A program made the position numbers and the translations under genes. The notes under the pieces were generated by a model, which was given only the letters and a program-made list of their open reading frames with translations, did no database searches and had not been told where the DNA came from. Of a DNA stretch of 64,000 nucleotides, positions 41,481 to 53,733 are shown one piece after another. Source of the stretch: Gnetum montanum. Its lineage: Eukaryota > Plantae > Gnetophyta. The stretch lies in NCBI GenBank assembly GCA_015680685.1, contig MNCI01001992.1, positions 395,077 through 459,076 of the forward strand. Reading direction: 5' to 3'. Positions within the stretch are counted from its first letter, which is position 1. The number at the start of each line of letters is the position of its first letter.

Positions 41481-44400
41481 TGTGCTTCTTGCAAGAAGGC
41501 ATCATCATTAAGCTTGTTGAGACCTAGCTAGGTTGAGTGGTTGGTGAAACACCATAAAAATTTGCATGTACAAATCATTCCTCATCATATAGCTTTCACC
41601 CCATAAAACCTGAGGCAAAACTTCATTGTAAATGTCAAGATTATAACCAATAGTGGGCAATCTCACATATTTCATACTTTTGGGATTGAAAAATGCCTCA
41701 TAAGTGGTCAAAGCCTCATTCCCCAAGTGAAAAAATTCATCTAATGTCTATATATGGGTTTTTGAGGGGTGTCAAAAATGCCTTTGGGATGCCAAAAATG
41801 GTAATTTGATGGGTTTTATGGGGGGTATACACTTTTCTACTCTAAAAACACCTGCAAGGGGGTAAACCTCACCTACCTCTAACATGGAGGGGTAAAACCT
41901 TTTCCCCTTAGCATGGAAACCTTCACCCTTAGCATGGAAGTTTTCCCCAACCCCCCCACCCCTAGCATGAACCTCTACCCCTAGCATAGAAATTGCATGC
42001 CCCCAACATGAAAACAACATGAGCAAGATTTCTTCACTTTGTTGACTTCAAGGTTGACCAACCACTCCAAAAAGGATGCTAGAAGGCCTAGCATAGAAGA
42101 TTTACCTCCAGCATAGAAGGTGTGCCCCCATTTCTATTTATAGTAAATGAAATAGCCATGGGGGTTTGGCACTTACTATATATGGTAATCCCCCAAATTT
42201 GGGCATCCATCTCACTTGTATGAGGTGGAAATGTTTAGCAAGTTACAACCAATTTATAGCAAAAATCCTAGTCCAAAACCTATAAAATCAAAATCCAATA
42301 CCCTTTTGAGGTTCCACACTTTGGCATATTTTATCATTAAAGCACTTTTGGTTTCCAAGAGCTCCTACAACTCTTGCAAAACAAAAGTTCTTGGAGCCTC
42401 CCAATGTGGAACCCCTATAGTCATATTATCCCCCATGTTACCCTCTTGAGATTTGTGGATTTTAACACTAGATTTTTGGGATCCCCAACTCCTAGTGTGG
42501 AGCATTTTTGTAGCCAAATTCTTTACTTTTCTCATCCCATAGTAGTGACCAATGTTGTAGACCTAAAGTTTGTAGTAGAGAAGGTTCGAAAGCATTAGGA
42601 GTGGTTGAGTACCTAGATTTTGGAGCAAATCACATTGACTTCAACAGGCTCTAAACTCTTGCCCAAGTGAACCCTCTTTTGCTCTCTCACAAGCATTTCC
42701 TATACACATGTTTGGAACCCATTCTTTATTTGTTTAATAAAGCTTCCAAGTTCCATTTTTGTGTGCAATCTAAATTTTCTTTCTTATTTGAGATCTACAT
42801 TTCTCTTTCTAAATTACATGTTTTGTATTTTGTAACTCCTTGGGTGATCTATTGGACTATCTAGGGTACCTTGAATTCCATTTTTTGGAGGCCCTGGGGA
42901 TTTGGGATTGAAGCTGTTACACTGAATCTTTTGGATTTCTAGCAATCCAATTTTCTAATTACAATAATTTCTTGGTGCTAGAAGGAGGACCTCTACCTAA
43001 TTTCTTCATTAAAAATCTATCTTCCCCATTTCCAACATTGCCATTTGAAATTTTTTTTTTCTAATTTTTGCACCAAACATTAAGAACCCAACACTACCCC
43101 TTCCTCTTGTGATAGAAACTTCAACATGGGAGTTGTAGGTGGTTGGGTGTTGAGATTTTCACAATACTTGCTATGAATTTTTCAGCCCAAGGCTAGCTTT
43201 GATAGCATTCCCTGCCCCCACTCCCTTCTTTTTAGTTGTTAATTTTATTTGGTTTTCCAACATTGGTGGTACAACCCTTTTGAAAGTCATCAAACTTTTG
43301 GAAGTTAGCTAAACCCCCATCTTTCCTAGCTAAGAAAAGTGGTATTTTATTAAAATTGATTTCTAGTGGAAAACACCAACTTTCCACTTTTGTTTCCAGC
43401 CCCCCTCCCCCTATCAACATTGGAATAAAACGGTATGAGATTCCCCCATCTCACCCCCTTCTTTCCCCTTAGCATACCTAGTGTAGAAGTAGCTAGGAGA
43501 ATAACATGGGTGAGACTTGATGTCAATGTTCTTAGCCTTTTATTTCTGGTAAAGAGGTATAACTCGCTTTCCCCCACATACTATTTATAGTAAGTACTTC
43601 ATTTTTAGATATTTTTTCTTCCTTTGATCATTTTTGAATTCCATTTGCTAGAAGTTACTCCTAACTTTACTATTTATAGCCTATCTCAAGCCTTTTTGAC
43701 ATTATAACCATGTATTTTCAGTAGTTAACCAAATTACCTTTCACTTTCACTAATGAAGGGTCTAGCCAACAAGCCATGAGGGTTTATGATCCCAAAGAAG
43801 CTATTGTAATTGAATATAAGTGGTTCTTGAGACTTAGGAGGCAAAGTCCTGGGTTCTCAATGATAAATGAAGAGCAATATAACTTCATTTATGCCAAGAT
43901 CCAGATTGGCATGTTGATCCCATGAGTGAAAGTAGAATCCAAGAGGAAGTTTGAACTCGTCCATTGCACTGGAAAGGAGTATATTCCCTCCCCCTATGAT
44001 TATATATCCCTTAATGAAATCTATGCTAGCATCTTAGTTCCTCTCATTGAGATTGATGAAGATAACTCAAAGGTTATCTCTGATGGGCAACTAGAGGAAG
44101 AGGAGGATGAGTTTAGGGTAGAATCTAATCCTAAAAACATCTTGGGAGGGTTGTTCCAACAAAAATCCCCCAAGGCCATAGTGCCTTCTTCTAATGCCTT
44201 TGTTTTCTCCATGGGTTAGATATTGTCATTCTTCATCCCTTCCTACCATATTATGGTTGGTTCCACATCATTCATAGCCACACATCAGACCCATTCAAAA
44301 CCATTGTCAACAACTTATAAGTCATCAATTTCTTTTTTCACATAACCTTGATCTATGAAGCCATCATTTTTCACCATCATAAATTCACTAGTCATCCATG

Positions 44401-47400
44401 TGGGATCCACCATGGGGCCCCAGGAAACCTAGGGTTCAATACCCCTTTTATCCTATTTGTGCCTTAGATGCCAACATAAACATCTTTCTCCTTGTTTGGT
44501 CCACAAACTACAATCATGACACAACCACTCCCTTCCATCTTGCAACCAATAGCAAGGACAAAAGCCTCATAACAAATACCATAGCCATATGTGCATGCCC
44601 CACAACCAACATGGGCATCACAAGCCCTAGATTAGGCCTTTTAGATGATCTAGGACCTAACAAAGGAGTTGAAGAGGCTTAAGGCCTCTACTTCGCAAAG
44701 TGTCAAGATTATGGATTTTTACTAGATGATCCCATTAGTCCTATTGTCCCATACTTGACACTTTCTCCTAGTGTCCCAATCCCTTAATTCAACAAGTATA
44801 ATGGAGAAGGTAATCCCAACACTCATCTTATAACCTTCTAATCTGAATGCTTGCTATTGCAACAATGGCCTCACACTATTATGAGAATCTTTTCTATGTC
44901 CTTGACTAGGAAAGCACTTAATTAGTATCGTGCCTTACCTAGAGAATCCATATCCTCTCTTGAATACCTCATATCCCAATTCACTAACCACTTCAAGTAC
45001 AACTTGAAGCCTAATACTATAGTTGACCAACTCATGAAGGTCAAGCAAGGATCCCTTGATCCAATGCATAAGTTCATCCAACAGTGGAATGGTCTACTAA
45101 ATGAAATAACAAAGCCTATAGTTGAAACTCACCTTTTGGCTATCTTCATGGGGATGATCAATGATTTCATTAAATCTAAGATGTAATATCTTGATCCATA
45201 GATACTTAGTCAAGCATTCTCCTAGAGCAAAAATATAGAGAATGTCGAGGAGGCTAGTTATGATCTAACCTACATAGCATACAAAAACCAACATATGTGA
45301 GGGGATAAGGAGAAGATCAAACATAACAATTTGGCTATAACAATAGTAACCAAAGAGGCCAAGATCACTAACTAGAGGCCAAAGACCAACTGACCCAAGG
45401 CCCCTACTAACAACAAAGATAGCCAACCATCAACCTTTGGGGCCACTACATTGACTACAACTAGGCCAAACTTTGAGTAGAAAGACCAAAGCAAGTACAC
45501 TTTCTTATCTTTAAAACCATATAAGTTTCTATATCAACTATTGAAGAGTGGATGCATACAATACAACTAGATGATCAAATACGCTTGAAAGAAGCATGAG
45601 CGGCTATGTGAAATAACCAAAGATCCCACTTGCACAACAAAGGATGATCCTCAATTTCCTAGGTACTTTAAACTAGATTACTGTTTCCACTATCACCAAC
45701 TACCTAGTCATGACACATACATATACCTCATGTTGAAGGATGACTTGGAAAAAATGATAGATAGGGGAGAGCTGGTCTTGGATGCTTTCAACCTAATCTG
45801 CCCAAAAAATTAGTCAATTTAGGTGTACAAGGACCTATTGAATGCTAATAACAAGCCCTATGTTATTTTAGCATTCAACATTGATAACAATTGGTGATTA
45901 GTGAGGGAATAGTTTGTGATCTAGGTATCCCCTCATGAGAAAAGGGCTTCTTAAACTTCCACCAGCTCAAGATCCCCTTTTGTTGTGAGAGTACCATCAT
46001 TTGTGCCATTAAGGAAGCCTTTTGCCATCAAGGTACCCTAGCCTAATGTAACCCCACCATTTTTAGCCCAACAAACTATGTAGCAACCTCCTATGGTGGC
46101 CAATGCTACTACCTCTTCTTCACAACCAATGATTAACAACCAAAGGATCTCAACCACATCGAGGAAGAAGCATAAGCATGAAAGATGAGGCATGAAAGGA
46201 GGTGGACCCACTAAAGCCCATCCATATATCAACTATACCTATGACCTTCTCTACCCAGCCTACCTAAACCAATGAACCATAGGAGGACCTCAAAACCCAA
46301 AACCAAAGAAAAGAGGAAATATCCAACAACCTATGGCTGAAGTTCACATTTTGGAATGCATGGAGAAAGTAAAGCATAAATGGCACAATAAGTCCATGTC
46401 CAACAACAAAATCTTCCTCAATGTAATCGATCAAGTTAGATAGTCTCTCAAGTAAAAGAACACAACTCTAAGCTTGTATGACCTAATCATGACTTCTACC
46501 AATATCATGAGGCACTAGTCAAAATGTTGACTTCCATCCTCATTAGCGAAGAGATCCCTACTAATGAGGAATATATTCATGTGATAATGGTTCCTTCTTC
46601 ATTGAGGGAAGGAAAGCCAACATCATCTATGTTTTATGATAGCAAAATTAAAGCTAGCCCCCAAAATAATGAAGTGATCAAGGCTTCTCTTTTCATCATG
46701 ATTCAGGTGGGGTAGTTTAAGGTGTATTGAGTGCATGTTGACAATGGAGTTGCAACGAATGTCATCCCATTCATCATTGTTGAACACTTGGGCTTAATAG
46801 AGTAGATACAACCCACAACAACTATCGTTCATAAGTCCTTCAATGGGTCAAAGGTTGCTATCAAGGGGTCTATCTCCTTGGACTTTATAGTAGGTGAGAT
46901 ATTCTCCATGACCATCAATTTCTTAGGGGTGGGAGAGATGCAAAGGTTTAACCTTCTCTTGGAAAGACCTTCATTGGCTCAACTACAAGTTGTGTCTTCA
47001 CCTATCCACCAAGATATTCACCTTCCTTACAAGAAAGGTGAAATTATCATTCATGGTGATAACATGGTTACCCTAGTTATCAGTAATGTGAACATAGAGT
47101 AGGTGTCTAAAGTGGTGCTTTAGGAGGAAACTCTCAGCCATGAAGTCCACCAACCTAAGAGAGAGGAGTAAGCCAAGATCGAAAATGATGAGCAATGAGA
47201 TGGTTTATGTGATGAACTCACTTTCAACATCATTAGTAAAGGGGATAGTGAGTACAAACTTGTGCAGGATAGGCCTTATATGTTTCCTAACCTTTTAAAG
47301 ACTAGGAAGAGTATGCACAAGTAATATGTAATCTTACTCCTTCCATGCTACACCTTGGTAACCTTTACAACCACATGCATCATAACCATTTAGCGTAAGT

Positions 47401-47603
47401 TTTCTCTTTATTAATTCAATGTTCCTTTTCTCTATGTTTTATTCTACTTTTTATGCATATAGCCTAGAAATTTATTTTAGTTGCATTTCTATTTATTATG
47501 GCCTTATTTATTTCTTTAATTTACTTGGTTAGCATGATTTAAACTAAGAAACCATAACAATTTTTAAAATAGAAAAATCACTAATAAATATGAGTTTCCT
47601 TAC

Positions 47604-47993
47604 AACATAACATGGCTCACCATGGCCTTAAACTGGCAAAACAATGTAACATGATTCCCCCATGGCCTTAAAACTAGTAAAACAACATCAACGGTCCACT
47701 ATGGCCTAAAACTGGAAACATAACATGGCTCATCATGATCTTAAACTAACAAAACAACATCCATGGATTGCCATGGCCTAGAATTGTAACATAACATGGC
47801 TTGCCATGGCCTTAAACTAGCAGAATAATGTAACACGGTTTGCCATGGCCTAAAACTAGCAACATAACATTGCCTGCCATGTCCTTAAACTAGCAAAAAA
47901 ATGTAACATGGTCCACCATGGCCCATGGCTTGCGTTGGCCTAAACTAGCAAAGCAACATCCACAACCTGCCATGGCCTAAAATTGCCAAACAT
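47604..47993. repeat. Tandem array of ~11 units (AACATGG-N4-5-CCATGGCCTTAAACTAGC...), mostly alternating ~39 and ~33 bp
   Basis: Directly visible; most units contain a CATGG/CCATG mini-hairpin. Located in the Tat/Ogre 3' region. Confidence 0.9.
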
Positions 47994-48284
47994 CTCTTTA
48001 ATTCTATTTATGTTTAGCCTATAATCACATCAATTAGCCATTTAACTTTATCATCAACATAGCCATTTACAATGTTTATAAAACTAAAACAATATATATA
48101 ACCAAAAATGAAACCAAATATTTAAATTTAAAGTATTTATAACATACATACCCATGGTCACATTGTGTGGCAAAAAGTTAAAAAATAATAGTAGTCATCC
48201 ATAACATAATCTAGGCTAATAATAGCCATCAGCATAAAAACAAAAACACATAGCCAACAAGTTGAAATGGGCAGATGAAGGATG

Positions 48285-49690
48285 TTAAGAGGCATTTGGA
48301 GGAGGAAGTGTTGGGTCATCCTCGCCCTCATCGTTGGGGCCATTAATGTTTCCTAATGCCTAAAATGCAACAACCCATAGCTAATCAATAACCAACAACC
48401 AAAACTATAACCTCAATAAAATCATAACTTAAATAAAAATAAAACTAAAATATAGAATACATCAAAATTTTGGGGAATCTAGCTCCATGACTTCCAAAGG
48501 TAAATATTGAGGTCATTCTCCAAACAATGGAGAATCTGGTCTTTTGTCATGTTAGCCTAGGAAATATCCCCAAAGTCAACACTGGTGAAGATGCTAGTTC
48601 TATCTACTATGGTCCAAGTAGGTGGCTCCTAGGTAATCATAGTTGCAGAGGTCTCACCTACAATAGTGATGATTTGAGGGGTAGGGGATTTCTCCACTGT
48701 GAAAGTGTTCTCAAATAGCTAGTAGGCACTCTCTACCTAGACCCCCTAAATAAACAACTCTCTCTTGCATTGTTTAAATGAATCCTCTTTGATCCACTTT
48801 AGATAGGCCTCATGATTAGCCTTATACTATCACTTATGATCCTTTTGTGTCCTACTCCACTCTAGGATCAAAGCCTAGTGATCTTTCCAATCCTCAACTT
48901 TTTGAAAGATGAGGTCAATCTACATTTGCTACTCCACCATCTACTATGAGAGTGCTACCTTGTCCTGGAAGGCATGCTAGTAGTAAGTCCATGTGATCTA
49001 TTTAGTCCACAATTTTCTTGAGTTTGCCACTTGGGCTTCAACAAAGGCCTTGTTGTCCTAGAGATCTCTAGTCACATCCTTCTACCATTGAGTTTTCTCC
49101 CTCGAGGCCACAACTTGCTCCCATAGGGATTCTTTGGACCTTTCTATCTCCCATGAAATTTTTGTGCATGAAAATGATAGATTAGTTGTAGTTTCATACA
49201 ACTTCAAGGATGCACTCTGTACATCAAAGGGAAGCTTTGGCAATGAGTCAATCTCCATGTCTCGGCTGGGATCCCACTCCACAAATGACATTGCATAAAC
49301 ATGAAATACAATCATAAACATAGTAAGGCTACTAAACAATAGAAAATAAAGTTCTTACCCATCTTAGGTGCAACTTGGTGTAGTCGATTGACAATGTCCT
49401 TGGCCATCCCATGCATGAACTCCACCTTGTCCAAGACCTCTACCCATGGTTTCACATGAAACATAGGAACAATGACCTGAATTGGTGGCTTAGGAACTAC
49501 TTTAAGCATAACTATCATCGAATGGTTAGGAAGAAAGCCAAACCTAAAATAATAAGATATAATAAGAAGCATTAACATAGGTGCATACCTAGCTCCTCCT
49601 ATTCCTCCTCTGGGATGACAATAGAAAATGTGCCTAGCATACCCTCACCGAACAAGACATATAAATCATCTATATCTACGTTAGCTATCC
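48285..49690 (-). pseudogene. Decayed intron-containing antisense gene inside the Tat/Ogre-like element (at least 4 exons, coiled-coil-rich protein of unknown function)
   Basis: Minus-strand introns 49588..49544 (GTATGC...TTTTAG), 49358..49291 (GTAAGA...TGCAA, decayed CAG) and 48460..48360 (GTATTC...TTTTAG). Splicing joins ORFs 49312..49578 and 49082..49339 in frame. Exon lengths 185, 830 and 75 nt are phase-consistent to a TAA at 48285-48287. Confidence 0.65.
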
Positions 49691-49709
49691 CTTCAACCTC
49701 ATGCTACTA

Positions 49710-50566
49710 TAAGAGTGCCTTCTCTATTCCCAACCATACGAATCAATAATGTTCACTAAGTGATTTGGTTGAATTTTGTAGACTTTAGCTTTCTAGGTAC
49801 ATTGGGTCTAGAAGGTGAACCTTAACAATTGTGATCGTTGTCTTCTTAGTTTTACTTGTGAGGTGCAAGTGTATGGTTAAGTGTAACTAAGGCATCTAAT
49901 TTTAATCATTTTATTTTTTATCTTTTAATCACCTAAGTGCTGAAAATAGAGTAAGAAATGTTTAGTTAATCTATTTAATCTAGTAACTAACACTTAACTA
50001 ATCCTATCATAAGCATCTGTTTCCACTTTTCATACATATCTTGAACATGTTGCAATGCTATTGGGTTACCAAGTGTTAGGCACTACTAGGATTAACAAGC
50101 GTAACTTATGCTCAAAGTGGTCATACTTATGTTCATTAATTATTCACTATTAATTAATTACATAAAAACATTAAAGTAAATTGCATGAATGTTAAATGCA
50201 TAAAGTAAACATTAAGCTAATCCAAGTGCTATAAGGTTTGATTAGAAAAGCTAATCTTTATTGTCATTTACACTGAGGTGCTCAAGTACATCAGTGCTCA
50301 AATAGAGATCCATATACTTTTCAACTTCTACTACGGGCACTTAGAAAATATTCTAACTTTGAAGAAAACAAACTACAAGAGCTTTACTACAACTAAGGAA
50401 TGTAATGTTTGGGTCGTGCACCCAAGTTCTATATTTATATGTAAGCATGCATCCTGCAATATCATATATCTAGTAATGTAGCACATGTTACAATATTAGG
50501 GCTTTGATATCAGAGCTATTGTATCAGAGCTTCGATATCATAGCCTATGAAGAATACAATTCATCA
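49710..50566 (-). repeat. Athila-like LTR, probably solo
   Basis: CCCAACCATACGAATC and downstream blocks match LTR 11363..12292. It ends TTCATCA at 50566 with no PPT beyond. Left end decayed. Confidence 0.65.
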
Positions 50567-51130
50567 CCAACCCAAGAAGCTATCATTAACCATCACAAAC
50601 ATCTCAACAATGGCTAGTTCTCATCTCAAAAATAGAACTATAGGTTTTCTAACCAATACATGCAAGGCTTAGACTACCACACACACCAACAGTTAAGGGT
50701 TCTAAAATAGGGATGTTGCATCCTTCCTTCCTTTTTTGAATGTTTCTCTAAGAAGATCCAAGAATAAGTGGTACACAAAACCACTTCAACCTTCCAAGTT
50801 ACATTTTAAGCATATTGTCTTTCTAAAGCACCTTAACCATCAATATAACCTTAATTTTCAACTTCTTTTATATCCTATCAACTATCTTCATTGATTTTTC
50901 CACCTAACATCAAGTTGTAATTGAACATCATGCTAATTTATCATATGGATTTGATTTGAAACATACTTTCTCAATATTAATACATGAAATACATCATAAA
51001 TCCCTAGTATTTGTGGTGGCAACTAATTTGATGTGTCTCCACTTCTCCAACTCTTTTCAAGACCTCAAAGGGACCAACAAACCTTGGTATAAACTAACTT
51101 GATATCCAAATCTCTAACATGTGACTCATG
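50567..51130 (-). mobile_element. Tekay-type chromovirus fragment: integrase C-terminus, chromodomain, PPT and start of the 3' LTR
   Basis: Minus strand PRFVGPFEVLKRVG, YDVFHVLILRKY, KVILMVKVL*K...VTWKVE...YSWIF. PPT AAAAAGGAAGGAAGGA is followed by TGCAACATCCC (cf. TGTAACACCC) at 50720. Confidence 0.75.
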
Positions 51131-52899
51131 AAAAAATCCTAAAATACTTTAACTATCCACTTAATGGTGTTTTTTAAAAGCAAATGGAAACTTTTGTTTT
51201 AATGGTGATTAATTTGATGAAGGTAAAATTAGGTGGATGTGATGAGGTACCATTGGAACAAGATACAACTTGACCTTGGACTTTTGAAAAGGATGAACAT
51301 GCTATGCATTGAAATTATCCTATTATTTTTCATGGTAATATGCCCTATGTTCAAGAGAAAAGAGGTTTTATCCCTATGCTTTCATTGTACATTCTCTATT
51401 TTCACCTCATCATGTGTTATGTCTCTCAAGTACCCTACGAGAAGCTAATATGAAATTATTGGAAATAATGTATCCTCACCATTAAATCATTAGGTGCAAA
51501 TGGGCACCTTTGTGGTGGATTATTTAGGAACATAGAGGATAGGATCCTACTAGTGAAGGACGTACTTGGATAATTTTTGGTGCAAGAACCACAAATATCC
51601 TAATGTCTCTTATTTAATTTGTTTCAATTTGGATAATTTCAATAAATTTATGACTGATTTTATGCATATTCTCTATGATTCCTACTTGAAATTGTTCAGT
51701 TAATTTTATTTTTGCATATTCAAATCTTTATTTAGGAATTGCAATTGCTACATTTTTATAAAACCTCTTTAGCTAGGCCTACAAACATTGAAAAATTAAA
51801 TTTTGTAATGGAAAATGATAGTTTTCACAAAACAATATCATTGATTATGCATTGCATCAACACTACCTAACAACTAAGTAAATCTATAACTAAAATTGGA
51901 ATAGTTTTTTATTATGTCCTCAAACCTGCAGGATCTATTAGACAAATGAAATATACATAGAATACATAGCAAACACTTCCTTAATAAAGTTACCAAGTTT
52001 CCTTGGGGCTACATCAAATAGGTCTTTTAATCTTTTAGTTGTAATTTTCCATTTGTGGTGATAATGTTCTAAAATAGGACATTGCAAACATATGTGATGC
52101 TCATCTTCAATTACTTCCTAATTGCATCGACGACAAGTTCTCTCTTCTCATGGAGTCCTGATCCATATACTTGTTTCAATTCTAAAATAGTGAGAGCTTA
52201 ATTTTGCCTAGTTAATTTGACATCGTAGATGAAGGGATATAGCAACACATAAATAAGTTGTTTTGTTTTTGAAGCCTTCACTAATATTAGTAAGGTAGAC
52301 TTGCTTTTTACGTGTTGGATTATTCCATATGTGCAAAAGTGCCTTATCTCTAATACTTTTACATAGCTGTTTTGTACATAATGAAGAACCTCGGCCTCAA
52401 ATCTATATATATGTGCACACTCAACATAGTTCATTTTTATCATTTTTTTAAAAATGAACATAGAGCTAAATGATGTTTGGCCCTTTAAAGCATTTTATCA
52501 TTAGCCATCAAAATACATACATTTGCACTTCTATCAAGATGTGATTAAAATTATGTGCAACAAATTTATTACCAAAGTTATTTCATTGTAGATTATTTTT
52601 AAAAAATATAAAACTTGCCGAGTTTTAATCATAACACAAGGCATATACTTAAAGAGTTTCGCAGAAAGGTTAATATAGCCATAACACAAATTATGTAATC
52701 ATACACTCCGTACACATCGTAATTTTATATGTATTTTTTATTCGCTAGGCAAGAATCAAGTTGAAGAGTTTGAACGGTATGCCACGTTACAACGGTAGCT
52801 TTGCGTTAACCCATTCCATGGGGATTAAATGGGTAAATAATTCATTGGCATGGAATGGACTGGACTCTGGCAGATGCTTTGAATTAAATAGAACAGCGC

Positions 52900-53733
52900 A
52901 TACTTTCCATGATTAAGCTGTTCGTCTCCTTTTAAATTTTGCTTAGAAAATTCAGAGAAAATGCGTTGGGCTGACCCTTACGGAATGCAGAAATCAGATT
53001 CCTGTTCAACACGGCATGCCATTAAAGGTGCTTTTCCAACAATAAAAGTTTGATGTCTGTCCAGAAAGTCACCCAACAATGATTTTCTTGATTAGGTTCC
53101 GTAATGATTTTCTCCACTAGGTTCCGTAGCATGTATTAAGAATTTACGGAATTTACATCTTCAACTCAACAATGATTTTCTTGATTAGGTTCCCTAATGA
53201 TTTTCTTGACTAGTTCCGTAGCATGTGTTAAGAATTCATGGAATTTAGATGTTCAACCAGAAACGACGATTACGCGGGCCACAGAATTCCAAAAGATGAA
53301 GCACATTTCTCGTGCATGTACTTTCCATGGTCAATTTTGTTTAAAAAATTTAGGGAAAACGCGTTGTGCCGACTTTTTTTAAAAAAAGAAAATTGTTCTC
53401 CATCAATGTCTGTCCAAATTCCAAAAGTCACCCAAGGGAGAAGTGCGTTCAATGATTTTCCGTGAATCCTTAACATCGCATAGCATCGTGTATTAACTGT
53501 TAAGAATTCATGAAATGTATAACTTTCCAGGAAAACGAGAATTATTTGGGAAACAAGCTAGTGCACAAAATAGAAAAACTTCAATTTGATACCTTATTTA
53601 ACTAATCCACATAAATTTATAAACAAATAGTCAAATGGCTAAACATGGGTAAAGCAGTTTAAATTGAGCTCAACATCCACAGCAATTCTGTATTATTACA
53701 TACACTTTCCCTTCATTCCCCTAGAGCATCACA
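52900..53733 (+). promoter_or_regulatory. Promoter/5' UTR of the receptor kinase, with tandem duplications, W-boxes, CGCG boxes and TATA
   Basis: TATAAA at 53618-53623; W-box cores TTGACT 53206-53211, GGTCAA 53329-53334, AGTCAA 53629-53634; ACGCGG 53272-53277 and ACGCGT 53359-53364; 94-bp tandem units at 53073 and 53167; CpG retained, unlike the flanking TEs. Confidence 0.6.

Larger units (their letters stand above)
43080..49700 (+). mobile_element. Tat/Ogre-like Ty3/gypsy internal region: degenerate gag and protease, no RT/RH/INT, tandem array and antisense gene in the 3' region
   Basis: gag P*FNKYNGEGNPNTHL...MSLTRKALN*Y (~44780-44930) and ORF 45004..45186 (LMKVKQG). Tat-type knuckle CFHYHQLPSHDT...LKDDLEKMIDRGEL (~45680-45775). 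Protease VHVDNGVATNVIP (~46730-46770). Boundaries approximate. Confidence 0.75.

Noticed and set aside
43080-43097. tRNA-Lys PBS for the Tat/Ogre-like element (TTAAGAACCCAAC after ...AAACA)
   Set aside because: Too many mismatches to TGGCGCCCAAC to call.
47604-47993. CRISPR-like array (short palindromic repeats)
   Set aside because: No unique spacers, the units are degenerate, there are no cas genes, and the context is a plant retrotransposon.
50501-50545. TATCAGAGC repeats as tRNA-Met primer-binding sites
   Set aside because: They lie inside an LTR U3 as a tandem/palindromic cassette and lack the TGG start after an LTR end.
51130-52700. Short ORFs 51233..51448 and 52198..52461
   Set aside because: No recognisable motifs or splice structure; AT-rich intergenic or decayed repeat sequence.
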